Source: a virus | Length of the DNA: 64,000 bases | Strand: one strand, 5' to 3' | IMG/VR virus record: IMGVR_UViG_3300025120_014869 | Coordinates: 1-64,000 of that record | Shown here: positions 9,007 through 18,215 of the stretch, piece by piece | How the letters are laid out: the number at the start of each line of letters is the position of its first letter | Numbering within the stretch: the first letter of the stretch is position 1 | Position numbers and translations under genes: made by a program | Notes under the pieces: generated by a model | What the model was told of the DNA's origin: nothing | What the model saw: only the letters and a program-made list of their open reading frames with translations | Database searches by the model: none

Positions 9007-9213
9007 TTACTTTTTTGTTTTAACAGGTGTTTTTCTACCTCTTTTAGTCACTGGTTTCTTTTGTTTAACTTTAAGCTCTTTTAATTCAGCTTCTGCTTTA
9101 GCTGCTAATTCTTTAGCTTCTTCAACAATTTTATTAACTTCGTCTAAATTTTTTCTCGCTACGAGAGCGCCGACGACGAAACCGGCAACAAATATGAATA
9201 TATAACCTATCAT
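9007..9213 (-). CDS. Small membrane protein with basic C-terminus
   Basis: N-terminal TM, coiled coil, K/R-rich tail. Confidence 0.6.
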   Translation of the reverse strand: MIGYIFIFVAGFVVGALVARKNLDEVNKIVEEAKELAAKAEAELKELKVKQKKPVTKRGRKTPVKTKK

Positions 9214-9218
9214 AGTAA

Positions 9219-9869
9219 TTACTTATTCTTCTTATCTTTAGTTTTCCAGAAGTATTCATCTGTATCACCTAATCTATATTCAAAACCATTCTCAACTTGA
9301 TAAAACTCTGTACTAACCATAAAGTCAGGAGTCAAAGGAGTTTGTGGAGTTAAAGAGTTATCATACACTCTCATTCTATTATTAGGATATAATGCATATT
9401 GACCATTTTCTAATTCAATAACATTAAATGATTTATGTTCAGCAGGTACTTCAGCTGTAGAATAATCTGGTTGATCAGTATTAACGTGATAATTATCTAA
9501 AGTAAACATATATGTACCTTTTACAATATCATGCGTTCTTGTAAATACCTCAAAATCCATACTACCAATAAATTGTTTATATAAACACGTTACGCCATAA
9601 TCCATACAATTCCAAAATTGCAAATTTGGTAAATCGTAATCAGGTTTAGGTGTTTCAGGCGAAGAAACAAAAGCAGTAATTGGTAGTTTATCAAAAACTG
9701 CCCCATATTCAGGTAAAAAGGTTTCAAAGTAAAAAGCTCTACCAGGAATGCTTTTAGCAGTTACCCAATGACCTTCAACGAATTCACCGTGACCATCTTT
9801 TCCATCTCTAAGATATTCTTTTCTAACGTACACTTTCGTGTTTGGTAAGTTACATATTAATTGACTCAT
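9219..9869 (-). CDS. Conserved hypothetical phage protein
   Basis: 216-aa ORF in operon with queE; KSIPGRA, EHKS, YPNNRMR motifs familiar from aquatic phage proteins. Confidence 0.7.
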   Translation of the reverse strand: MSQLICNLPNTKVYVRKEYLRDGKDGHGEFVEGHWVTAKSIPGRAFYFETFLPEYGAVFDKLPITAFVSSPETPKPDYDLPNLQFWNCMDYGVTCLYKQFIGSMDFEVFTRTHDIVKGTYMFTLDNYHVNTDQPDYSTAEVPAEHKSFNVIELENGQYALYPNNRMRVYDNSLTPQTPLTPDFMVSTEFYQVENGFEYRLGDTDEYFWKTKDKKNK

Positions 9870-9872
9870 AAA

Positions 9873-10610
9873 TTATACTTTTAATGCCATATCCCAGATG
9901 ACTAATTGTAAACGTGGGCTGAATTTTAAACTATGCTTTTTACACATATCAGCTACCATAGATGATTTTGCTGTATGTTCTTCTCTACTACCAGCACAAG
10001 GCATTAACCAAACGTTTTCTCTATTACATATACCGTTATCAATATATTTTTCAAATAATTCTTTCTCATCATCTTCACTATTAATAACAAATTTAAAACA
10101 TTCACCTCTTTTATTATGATGAGCTATAACATCAGGTTTATATCTTCTCTTCTCTGGATCACCATTATTACTCATTTTAGGAGATAAAGTAAATGTAGCA
10201 TTATATTCAGTATACCATTCTTCTTTAGGCATAATAGTACTATTAGATTCAAAATCAATACGAGGTTTAAATCCAAACCTTTCTACAAAAGTTTCTAACC
10301 ATTCAAGTAATCTTTTTTGTTGTAATAAAGGTTCACCACCAGTTATTTTTAATATAGCACCTCTTTTTAATTCTTCATCAAACCCATTATTTGCATAAAA
10401 ATTATTAAGTTCATCAAATGTATATCGATTTTTAACTGACCATGATACAAATGAATCGCAACCATGAGGTGAGTCCGGAGAGGCAAAACCTTGACACGTT
10501 AAATTACACATTGCCATTCTCATAAAAACAGATGGCCAACCGATATATTTACCTTCACCTTCTACGGTATAAAATACATGATCGTCACTTAAAGATAAAA
10601 CATTATTCAT
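9873..10610 (-). CDS. queE: 7-carboxy-7-deazaguanine synthase (radical SAM)
   Basis: VEGEGxxxGxPSVFMR, CNLTC...CDS, ITGGEPLL, SPK, FKFV. Confidence 0.9.
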   Translation of the reverse strand: MNNVLSLSDDHVFYTVEGEGKYIGWPSVFMRMAMCNLTCQGFASPDSPHGCDSFVSWSVKNRYTFDELNNFYANNGFDEELKRGAILKITGGEPLLQQKRLLEWLETFVERFGFKPRIDFESNSTIMPKEEWYTEYNATFTLSPKMSNNGDPEKRRYKPDVIAHHNKRGECFKFVINSEDDEKELFEKYIDNGICNRENVWLMPCAGSREEHTAKSSMVADMCKKHSLKFSPRLQLVIWDMALKV

Positions 10611-10616
10611 AACTTA

Positions 10617-10645
10617 ATTATAATATAGTTCCTTATTAATATCAA
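10617..10645 (-). promoter_or_regulatory. sigma70-type promoter with AGGAAC spacer element (queE)
   Basis: TTGATA-17-TATAAT-6-ATG; AGGAAC 5 nt before TATAAT. Confidence 0.65.
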
Positions 10646-10710
10646 CATTTAGTATTATATTTATTGTTTTTTATAATTTTTTTCCACGTTAATTCTAACT
10701 ATTCTTTTTA

Positions 10711-10718
10711 TATAAATA
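10711..10718 (+). promoter_or_regulatory. Late promoter TATAAATA for phoH
   Basis: Exact T4 late consensus 6 nt before ATG 10725. Confidence 0.6.
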
Positions 10719-10724
10719 TTATTA

Positions 10725-11468
10725 ATGACAGTTAAAAAACGTTCTGCACGTCGGGTAAATGAGAAGGAAATTCTTGATTTACATAACATATCAAAAGATG
10801 ATTGGGAATTAGATTTCCATATTAAAAAACCATTTAAGCTGAATAATTTACAGCAAGAATTTTTTGATACTATTATTAATGATCAAACTCAAATGTCGTT
10901 TGTTGATGGTCCAGCTGGTAGCGCTAAAACTTATATAGGTGTATTAGCTGCTCTCAGACTTCTAAGTGAAAGAAAGATAAAAAATATAGTATACATTAGA
11001 TCAATAGTTGAAAGTGCTAATCGTTCTATGGGTGCTCTCCCTGGAGAAATAGAAGAAAAATTTAAACCATGGTCAGCTCCGTTAATAGATAAATTAGAAG
11101 AAATAATTGATCCGGGAGCTCAATCTACGTTAATGTCTAAAGGTTATATAAAATGTATACCTGTTAATTTTACTAGAGGTTTAACGTTTAGAGAAAGTGT
11201 TGTTATAGTAGATGAAGCTCAAAATATGACTAAAGATGAATTAACTACAGTACTTACTAGATTCGGTGAAGGTAGTAAATATATTATAGTAGGAGATTCT
11301 TTGCAAAGTGATATTAACGGTAAGTCAGGGTTTAATAAAATACAAGAAGTATTTGATTCTGATGAATGTAGAGAAAACGGTATATTTGCTTATAAATTTA
11401 CCGATGATGATGTTGTAAGAAGTAAAATTTTAAAATATATTGTTGCTAGATTAGCCCATATCTCTTAA
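10725..11468 (+). CDS. phoH: PhoH-family ATPase
   Basis: GPAGSAKT, MGALPG, RGLTF, VDEAQN, LTRFG, GDxxQSD, DVVRS. Confidence 0.92.
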   Translation: MTVKKRSARRVNEKEILDLHNISKDDWELDFHIKKPFKLNNLQQEFFDTIINDQTQMSFVDGPAGSAKTYIGVLAALRLLSERKIKNIVYIRSIVESANRSMGALPGEIEEKFKPWSAPLIDKLEEIIDPGAQSTLMSKGYIKCIPVNFTRGLTFRESVVIVDEAQNMTKDELTTVLTRFGEGSKYIIVGDSLQSDINGKSGFNKIQEVFDSDECRENGIFAYKFTDDDVVRSKILKYIVARLAHIS

Positions 11469-11705
11469 TTCTCTAAGAGCATCTTCAAAGCTAATAGGTC
11501 TTACTTCAGGACCTTTATCAACTTGTTGTACTTCTTCTTTTGGTAGTTCATTATATAATAATTCTGCCATCTGTTGAGTTACATCATTTTCTAATTTTAC
11601 TAACTTTGGATCTCTTTCACGGGAAACAGGCATACCACTAGATATACCTGTTTGAATTATAGGTGATTTATTTATATTATTTTGATATACATCTTCTAAC
11701 CCCAT
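11451..11705 (-). CDS. Hypothetical protein
   Basis: 84-aa ORF overlapping queD stop. Confidence 0.55.
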   Translation of the reverse strand: MGLEDVYQNNINKSPIIQTGISSGMPVSRERDPKLVKLENDVTQQMAELLYNELPKEEVQQVDKGPEVRPISFEDALRELRDMG

Positions 11706-12373
11706 GATGTCCCTTCAAATGGATTACCCATACCTTTTGTTACTTTATTTTTTAAAGGAGAAGCATATTCTTTCTTTTCTTCAACAGGTGGTTGTACTGG
11801 CTCTTCTTCTTTATTTTCTAAATTTAACTCTTCTTGATTAGGATCTTTAGGATGGGTAGGTAATGTTTTTGCAATTTCAGGATCGACATTGTAATCTAAA
11901 CCTTCTCTAGGAATATAATGCGTTTTATAAACTTTAGCATCATTTTCATAGATGGCACTATTACCTTCATGCTCCCAAACTTCTACCTTAACAACTTCTA
12001 CTCTATCTTTTGTAGTAGATCTAACATAATTATTAACTGCACCGAATACCCATTCAGCAGTCTTTTCAATACCAACTGCTTCCATAATGCGTAAATCAAT
12101 CATAGCTTTACTATCTAAATCTTTAAATGTCTCTAACTCTGGATCATCTTCAGCAACGCAAGTTGTATGATCAAATTGTTTTTCTAATAATTTTTTAATC
12201 TCTTTACAACCACCGAAATCATATACCCAATTATTATCATCAAGTTCGTTTGTTGTAAACCATAACTTACATTGCAATCTATAACCATGTATTAATCTGC
12301 AATGACTCTGAGCCTTCCATTGACGAAAAGCTGTACTACCCATAGGAATTATTTTAGTTGATACGTATCTCAT
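11696..12373 (-). CDS. queD: 6-carboxy-5,6,7,8-tetrahydropterin synthase with C-terminal extension
   Basis: HCRLIHGY, WVYDFG, FDHT, VWEH-NSA; ~75-aa low-complexity tail. Confidence 0.88.
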   Translation of the reverse strand: MRYVSTKIIPMGSTAFRQWKAQSHCRLIHGYRLQCKLWFTTNELDDNNWVYDFGGCKEIKKLLEKQFDHTTCVAEDDPELETFKDLDSKAMIDLRIMEAVGIEKTAEWVFGAVNNYVRSTTKDRVEVVKVEVWEHEGNSAIYENDAKVYKTHYIPREGLDYNVDPEIAKTLPTHPKDPNQEELNLENKEEEPVQPPVEEKKEYASPLKNKVTKGMGNPFEGTSWG

Positions 12374-12453
12374 ATCTAATTATAAGATATTTAATCCAAT
12401 AGTCAACTAGTTGGTGGGAAGAGGAACTCGCATATAATATAATAAATTATATA

Positions 12454-13668
12454 TTAAGCTTGATCTGTAGTATCGTCTAAGTTTTGAGAAGTATATTTTG
12501 GTTTAACCTTTGCTTTCTTAATTTTACTAGCTAGAATCTTTTTAGCTTCATCACCTATTTCTTCAGTAGATTTTAATTTTCTTTTTGCTTCAGCTTTTTT
12601 TCTTTTAGGAGATTTTATTACTGGTTCTTTTTTTGATTCACCGTTATCTAATGGTAATTTTGTTTGCTTATCACTTAATTGTTTTATTGTAGCAAAATAA
12701 TCATCTATACTATCAATAACGAAATCTTTTCTTCTATCTAAAACAGTTTTAGGTAGTACTTTAAATAGTATATCTTCTGCAAATTTTCTTGCATCTTTTA
12801 ATTCAATATCTAAATCATTACTATCAATTTTACCGGCATTAATTTCATCAATACTATATTGACCTTCAATAGCTTGTTGCAAAGATGTTTTAGCTATAGC
12901 TTTTCCGAATATTTTATAGTAATTATTTTTAATATCAGTTTTAAGAACTTGAAAGCCAGCAGGGTTAAGATTTAATATTGCAAATCTCTTCAACGCTTCA
13001 GTATCATCGCCAGCAAAATATTCAATATTATCTTTAAAATCAGTATATATTCGATTATTACCAATTCTTTTTAAAAGAGTGGTTGATAAAAAATCAGGTA
13101 CTAAAGCTAGAACCTTATCTTTGGTTAATTTTTCTTCTTTTTCTTCCCCTGCTTTAGCTTTTTCTGCTTGTGTTATTTGTTGTTGTATTTTATTATGATA
13201 GTCTTTATCAGCATCTGATAGGTCATTAAACTTACCTTTCGCTCCCATATCAACAGCGTTTTTAAATCTACCATCTCGAGCATATACCTTCTTAAATTCT
13301 TCTGATGCATTTCTTAACATATTTTGAAGCATATCTTGAGCTTCTCCATCTGATAAATCTCCTTTTTGTAGCTTAGCAAATAACCTTGCATTTTCTAATT
13401 CAGCTTTTCTTGCAGCAGCTTCTGCAGATCTTGCTTCTGCAGATCTCATTTTAAAACCTCTTGTACCAGGTATAGATCTTGCAACAGCACCTATACCTTT
13501 ACCAATAGACCCTAATAAATTACTACTACCGGTAGATGGGCTTTTAGAAGTTACAACCTCATCAAGTTGTTTCTTAAAGTTACCGCTTTCATATATCTTT
13601 TGAATCTTTTGATTTTCAGTAATACCAAAAGCTTTTTCAACTTTCTCAAATAAATCTTTATCTTCCAT
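12454..13668 (-). CDS. Hypothetical late protein (possible internal head protein)
   Basis: TAAATA-7-ATG; charged helical protein; N-terminal ...FGITE. Confidence 0.6.
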   Translation of the reverse strand: MEDKDLFEKVEKAFGITENQKIQKIYESGNFKKQLDEVVTSKSPSTGSSNLLGSIGKGIGAVARSIPGTRGFKMRSAEARSAEAAARKAELENARLFAKLQKGDLSDGEAQDMLQNMLRNASEEFKKVYARDGRFKNAVDMGAKGKFNDLSDADKDYHNKIQQQITQAEKAKAGEEKEEKLTKDKVLALVPDFLSTTLLKRIGNNRIYTDFKDNIEYFAGDDTEALKRFAILNLNPAGFQVLKTDIKNNYYKIFGKAIAKTSLQQAIEGQYSIDEINAGKIDSNDLDIELKDARKFAEDILFKVLPKTVLDRRKDFVIDSIDDYFATIKQLSDKQTKLPLDNGESKKEPVIKSPKRKKAEAKRKLKSTEEIGDEAKKILASKIKKAKVKPKYTSQNLDDTTDQA

Positions 13669-13703
13669 ATTGAAATATTTAATCTATATGCTATAATAGT
13701 TAT

Positions 13704-14747
13704 ATGTCAGATAAAGTAAATAGTTATGAATGGTTAGGTGAAGACGATGAGCTCACCGGAGAAAAAGATATTATTGCAAAAGAAATAATGGGAGAAGAAT
13801 ATAGTAAGAGTTACTTCCCTCCTATTAGAGTATATGATAATAACGTAAAAGCAGATAAGAAGTATATTTCTTCATTACCTGATTTGCAGAATGGTCCTTC
13901 TAGTTTAATTCAAGGAGCTCCAGTACCTATCCAACAAGTAGGTATACATAATTTTAAATTACCTTTAACTTATAAAAAGAGAGATGGTAAAACTATTGAG
14001 TTAGAGACTAGCGTTACTGGCAGCGTTAGTCTCGAGGCTCATAAGAAAGGTATTAATATGTCTCGTATTATGAGAAGCTTTTATGATCATAAAGATGAGA
14101 CGTTTAGTATTAATAAGATTAAAGATGTATTAGAAACATATAAAAATAATCTTAAGAGTTTTGATTCACGTATTATGCTTAAGATATCTTATCCGATTAA
14201 GCAGAAGAGTTTACGTAGCGGTTTAGAAGGTTTTCAGTATTATGATGTAGTATTTGAAGGTGATCTTACTAAAGATGGAGAGTTTAAAAAGTATATTCAT
14301 TTCGATTTTGTATATTCATCTGCATGTCCTTGTAGTTTTGAATTAAGTGAGCATGCTGAAAAATATCGTAACCGTGCTACTGTACCTCATAGTCAACGTA
14401 GTGTTGCAAGAGTAAGTGTACGTTTTGATGATATGTTATGGGTAGAAGATCTTCAGGAGTTATGTCTTGCAGCTTTACAGACTGAAACGCAAGTTATGGT
14501 TAAGAGAGAAGATGAGCAAGCATTTGCTGAAATGAATGGTTCATTTTTAAAATTCGTAGAAGATGCAGTAAGATTATTATATGAAAAATTAGCTAATGAA
14601 TCTCGTATTAAAGATTTTAAGATTGTAGCTTCTCATAATGAAAGTCTTCATAGTCATAATGCAGTATCAGTTATCGTTAAAGGTGTAGAAGGAGGCTTCT
14701 CAGCAGGTGTTGCTAGAGATGTATTTGAAACTACTGGACTTAGATAA
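13704..14747 (+). CDS. folE2: GTP cyclohydrolase IB
   Basis: IQQVGI, KGINMSR, SACPCS, PHSQRS, VKREDE, FVEDAVR, ESLHSHNA. Confidence 0.93.
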   Translation: MSDKVNSYEWLGEDDELTGEKDIIAKEIMGEEYSKSYFPPIRVYDNNVKADKKYISSLPDLQNGPSSLIQGAPVPIQQVGIHNFKLPLTYKKRDGKTIELETSVTGSVSLEAHKKGINMSRIMRSFYDHKDETFSINKIKDVLETYKNNLKSFDSRIMLKISYPIKQKSLRSGLEGFQYYDVVFEGDLTKDGEFKKYIHFDFVYSSACPCSFELSEHAEKYRNRATVPHSQRSVARVSVRFDDMLWVEDLQELCLAALQTETQVMVKREDEQAFAEMNGSFLKFVEDAVRLLYEKLANESRIKDFKIVASHNESLHSHNAVSVIVKGVEGGFSAGVARDVFETTGLR

Positions 14748-14750
14748 TAG

Positions 14751-14909
14751 ATGAAATCACCTCTCGATGATATGTGGCAATTTAACTATCTTTGGGAAAA
14801 AATGCAAAAGCGTATAGATGATTTAGAAAATAAAGTAAAACGATTAGAGCATTTTAAAAAAGAACAAATAGAAAAAGAATATAGACAAGATAATGGTAGA
14901 AAAAATTAA
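14751..14909 (+). CDS. Small hypothetical coiled-coil protein
   Basis: Hand translation MKSPLDDMWQFNYLWEKMQKRIDDLENKVKRLE...; fills gap between folE2 and next gene. Confidence 0.5.
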   Translation: MKSPLDDMWQFNYLWEKMQKRIDDLENKVKRLEHFKKEQIEKEYRQDNGRKN

Positions 14910-15177
14910 AAATTTCTGGATTGAAAGTTATATATCTAATAAGAAAGCATTTTATTTAGAAATTATAAGTTTCTTTTGCGCGGTTACAGCTTCATTTTAT
15001 CTTGCGTTAACTGCACAAAATCCTAATATGACTTTAGTTTATCCTATATTTTTTATAGCTGCATTTTGTTCATCAATAGCTCACTATAAACGTAAAGTAG
15101 CTTTTCCATTATTACTGACAATGTATTTCTGTGTAGTAAATGTATTCGGTTTCGGTAGATCAATTGATATTTGGTAG
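14893..15177 (+). CDS. Small membrane protein
   Basis: Three hydrophobic segments. Confidence 0.65.
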   Translation: MVEKIKNFWIESYISNKKAFYLEIISFFCAVTASFYLALTAQNPNMTLVYPIFFIAAFCSSIAHYKRKVAFPLLLTMYFCVVNVFGFGRSIDIW

Positions 15178-15192
15178 GAACAATAATATAAT
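15164..15192 (+). promoter_or_regulatory. sigma70-type promoter with AGGAAC element
   Basis: TTGATA-17-TATAAT-6-ATG(15199); AGGAAC at 15176-15181. Confidence 0.65.
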
Positions 15193-15198
15193 AAAAGT

Positions 15199-15735
15199 AT
15201 GAACATATTTTGTACTAATGATGATCCTATTTTATCTGCAAATGATCTATGTGACCAACATGTAAGATCTAAAATGCAAATTGAAGGAGCAATTATGTTA
15301 GCTCATGCATTTGATCAAGAAGTATTGAATCATAAAGATTGTCCTAGAACAAAATTAGGTAAACCTCGTAAAAGTGGTAAAGGTTATTATAATCATCAAT
15401 GTAGTATATGGGCTAGAGAAACAAGAGATAATTTTTTATGGTTAGTATTTCATACATTAAGAATGTTTCACGAAAGAAATTTAAGATGGCCTGATAGCAA
15501 TCCACATCATACTCAAGCTTTTATTGAATGGTGCGGTGCTAATATGCATAATACTAGTATATCTACGCTAAAAAAAGGTAGAACTCCTTTTGCTATAGCT
15601 ATTAGTGATAATTGTGAATGTCGTAAAAGTAGTAGTTTTAATAGTTTAACTACTATAGAACAATATAGAGAATATATTAGGAAAGATAAACCTTTTGCTA
15701 CTTGGACTAATAGAAAAAATCCAAGTTGGTATTAA
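15199..15735 (+). CDS. Pyrimidine-dimer DNA glycosylase (DenV/endonuclease V-like)
   Basis: MNIF...DQHVxxKMxxExxxML, HQCSIWAR, NFLWL, YREY, P-W C-terminus. Confidence 0.75.
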   Translation: MNIFCTNDDPILSANDLCDQHVRSKMQIEGAIMLAHAFDQEVLNHKDCPRTKLGKPRKSGKGYYNHQCSIWARETRDNFLWLVFHTLRMFHERNLRWPDSNPHHTQAFIEWCGANMHNTSISTLKKGRTPFAIAISDNCECRKSSSFNSLTTIEQYREYIRKDKPFATWTNRKNPSWY

Positions 15736-16148
15736 TCTAAGTTACCTTCTGCACTTACATCAATAAGACCACCTAGCTGTTCTATAAAATCTTTACCAAC
15801 TAAGATTTTGTATTCATTCTCTTCTCTATCACCTATTGAGAATTTAGTTTTAGGATAAACATTATCACCTATTTCAATATCAAATTCTACTACTGGTCTT
15901 TCTTCTATATTACCTGAACCGACATTTATATCTATTTTTTCTAATAAATCTTTAGTAATTTTTTTATCATTAACAGTAAAAAAAGTTACTTTATTATCGT
16001 GCTCTACTATATTAAAACCATGTAAGACATTATAAGCCCCGTTACCGCTATCTATTTTAGCTTCAACGGGGCCTAATTCTTTAAAAGTTATAGTTTCAAT
16101 TAAACCTAATGGTTTATTTGATTCAAAGAAATTTTTAAATGATATCAC
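15732..16148 (-). CDS. Retropepsin-like protease (RimK-associated 'ATP-dependent Zn protease' family)
   Basis: AKIDSGN, EERPVV, FSIGDR, ILVG motifs. Confidence 0.8.
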   Translation of the reverse strand: MISFKNFFESNKPLGLIETITFKELGPVEAKIDSGNGAYNVLHGFNIVEHDNKVTFFTVNDKKITKDLLEKIDINVGSGNIEERPVVEFDIEIGDNVYPKTKFSIGDREENEYKILVGKDFIEQLGGLIDVSAEGNLD

Positions 16149-16165
16149 ACAATTATTTATGCTTA

Positions 16166-16342
16166 CTAAGCATTCTTCTTGTCTTGAATTTCTTTTCTAA
16201 TAACTTTCGTTAATTTAGCAATTTCAAGTAAAGCTTTACGAGCTCGTGTACCTGCTGCTGCATTGCGTTTTTCGTTAAATTTAGTCAAATTTTCTGTAAA
16301 TTGACCGAATTGTTCGTTTAGTGATTCAATATTCTGTTCCAT
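16166..16342 (-). CDS. Histone H1-like Hc1-family small protein
   Basis: Not in ORF track; MEQNIESLNEQF...KFNEKRNAAAGTRARKALLEIAKLTKVIRKEIQDKKNA; NxAAGTRARK is the Hc1-like signature; TAAATA-7-ATG. Confidence 0.72.
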   Translation of the reverse strand: MEQNIESLNEQFGQFTENLTKFNEKRNAAAGTRARKALLEIAKLTKVIRKEIQDKKNA

Positions 16343-16365
16343 AATAAACTATTTACTATAAAAAA

Positions 16366-16632
16366 TTACTTTTTCCAGCTTACTCTCTTCGAACTTTTCT
16401 TTTTATACATTTTACCTTTTATTTTATTACATTCTGCTTTAGTAGGTCTACATGCAGGGTATGAACCACCAGATTTTTTACTTTTACGTCCGCAAGGACC
16501 TCCAGTTTTACAATTAATCCAACCGCTAAATTTTTTACCAGTTTTAGGATCTGTACCTCCCCTTTTAAACCATTGACGTAAACTATCGCTAGCTTCATTT
16601 AAATAAAAATTAGCTAATTCGTCAAATTTCAC
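16366..16632 (-). CDS. Small basic Cys-containing late protein
   Basis: SLRQWFK, GPCGR, YPACRPT; K-rich. Confidence 0.7.
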   Translation of the reverse strand: MKFDELANFYLNEASDSLRQWFKRGGTDPKTGKKFSGWINCKTGGPCGRKSKKSGGSYPACRPTKAECNKIKGKMYKKKSSKRVSWKK

Positions 16633-16790
16633 GCTAATCCTTTTGCTTCTTTTGATGCGTGTAATTTATCACCAGCTTTTTTAGCAGCTTTATAAGCCTT
16701 AGAACCTTTTCTAGCTGATTTTTTACCAGATTTTTTCTTTTTGTTTATATTAGCCCATAAACTTTCTAAAATTGTATCAAATTTATTCAT
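16629..16790 (-). CDS. Small lysine-rich late protein
   Basis: Not in ORF track; MNKFDTILESLWANINKKKKSGKKSARKGSKAYKAAKKAG...; overlaps both neighbours by 4 nt. Confidence 0.65.
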   Translation of the reverse strand: MNKFDTILESLWANINKKKKSGKKSARKGSKAYKAAKKAGDKLHASKEAKGLA

Positions 16791-17281
16791 TTTTTCTTCC
16801 AAATTTTACCTTTACGGCATCTTACTATTGCACCAGATTTATATGCTGAAGTTTTTTTACCATATACGCTATCAGCTTTTCTTTTACAACGATCTTCAGC
16901 GTCCTCTTGTTTTACACCTTTATCTCGTAATATTTTATCGAATATATTTGATAAAGTGTTTTTAACACCTGGTGATAATTGATCTGCTACGTTTTTATTT
17001 TTATTTTTTAACATAGCAGGGTAATCTTTTTTAAATAAATTTTCATTTGATTCGCTGTCTTCAGAATCATGTTTATAATGACCGCTCATTTTAGATTTTC
17101 TTAAATGATCTTTTAATGCTTCAACTTTAAGCATTCTATTTAACTTAAGTTTAAGCATATCTACATACCTATTACCACCGTACATTTTAACTCTTTCCGG
17201 ATCTGGGTTTTGAATCATTTTTTTAAGATCTTCGATAGCCTTATTAGATGATTCAGTAAAAAATTTAAAAGATTCTGTCAT
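16787..17281 (-). CDS. Basic late protein
   Basis: C-terminal DRCKRKA...SAYKSGAIVRCRK; TAAATA-5-ATG. Confidence 0.7.
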   Translation of the reverse strand: MTESFKFFTESSNKAIEDLKKMIQNPDPERVKMYGGNRYVDMLKLKLNRMLKVEALKDHLRKSKMSGHYKHDSEDSESNENLFKKDYPAMLKNKNKNVADQLSPGVKNTLSNIFDKILRDKGVKQEDAEDRCKRKADSVYGKKTSAYKSGAIVRCRKGKIWKKK

Positions 17282-17292
17282 ATTATTATTTA

Positions 17293-17493
17293 TTATTTTT
17301 TCTTTCCACCCTTCATGTTAGCACACCAATGATACATTTTACCTTTCTCGCCTCCATATTTTTTAGCTTTTTTTCTAAGTTCAGTTACAGAACCTTTACA
17401 ACTAGCACCGGATTTTTTTACTCTACCAGGTCTGCTTTTGCCTTTTATCTTTTTATCAGCATAATTTTCGTGAAATGTTTTAAAATTTATCAT
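17293..17493 (-). CDS. Small basic late protein
   Basis: MINFKTFHE; K-rich; HWCANM. Confidence 0.7.
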   Translation of the reverse strand: MINFKTFHENYADKKIKGKSRPGRVKKSGASCKGSVTELRKKAKKYGGEKGKMYHWCANMKGGKKK

Positions 17494-17855
17494 TTTTTCT
17501 TCAATCTTTGTGTTTTTTTCTTACTAGCTTCTTTTCTCTTACTAATATATTTAAAAGCAGCTGTTAATCTTTTCTTTTTAATAGGGTCTTTTACTCTACC
17601 CTTTGCAGCTCTAACTCTTTGATGTATTAAATTTATAATTTGTGATTGCCTTGCATGGGATTTAGATTTAAAAGTTTTTTTAGTTAATGTATCTCTGATA
17701 TCAGATGTCGTACTAAATTTTACTTTAACAGTATCTTTAGGATTTTCATCAGTATAAAGTCTTCTACTTGAACCTTTAGGTTTTTTACCTGTACCTTTCT
17801 TAGGATCTGCTTCTAATAGAATTTTTTCTACTAAAGTATCAAATTTTCTTACCAT
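17490..17855 (-). CDS. Basic late protein
   Basis: ADPKKGTGKKPKGSSRRLYTDENPKDTV; likely start MVRKF at 17855. Confidence 0.7.
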   Translation of the reverse strand: MVRKFDTLVEKILLEADPKKGTGKKPKGSSRRLYTDENPKDTVKVKFSTTSDIRDTLTKKTFKSKSHARQSQIINLIHQRVRAAKGRVKDPIKKKRLTAAFKYISKRKEASKKKTQRLKKK

Positions 17856-18187
17856 TTTCTGCATGACCAATATCTTGCCATAGTTTTAGGACCTGGATTA
17901 TCACAATTATGCCTAGCTCTAAATGATTTACGAGCTTTAGGGTTACTTTTACGTATTTTCATTGTCTTTTCTCCACGTTTTTTTGCTGATGTACCGCCAT
18001 GACCGAAGTTAACCTTCTTAACATTACCTGTTTTAGGATTTTTTACATAAACTTTAAATTTCTTAACGTCACCTCTCATTGGTTTATTTAATTTTACTTT
18101 ACGACCTCTATATTCAGCATCTTCAGATGATGCCATAACTGGCCCATATTCATTTAAAAGTTCTATTACTAAATTATTAAACTGCAT
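17849..18187 (-). CDS. Basic late protein (DUF6321-like)
   Basis: KKFKVYVK, KVNFG, RKSFRARHNC, ARYWSC. Confidence 0.72.
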   Translation of the reverse strand: MQFNNLVIELLNEYGPVMASSEDAEYRGRKVKLNKPMRGDVKKFKVYVKNPKTGNVKKVNFGHGGTSAKKRGEKTMKIRKSNPKARKSFRARHNCDNPGPKTMARYWSCRKW

Positions 18188-18215
18188 AATTATATTTATT
18201 TAATTAAATAATAGT
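18188..18215. promoter_or_regulatory. Back-to-back late promoters
   Basis: TAAATA-5-ATG on both strands in a 28-bp intergenic gap. Confidence 0.6.

Noticed and set aside
10725-11468. phoH as a novelty
   Set aside because: Very common in aquatic T4-like phages; only its late-type promoter is notable and is covered above
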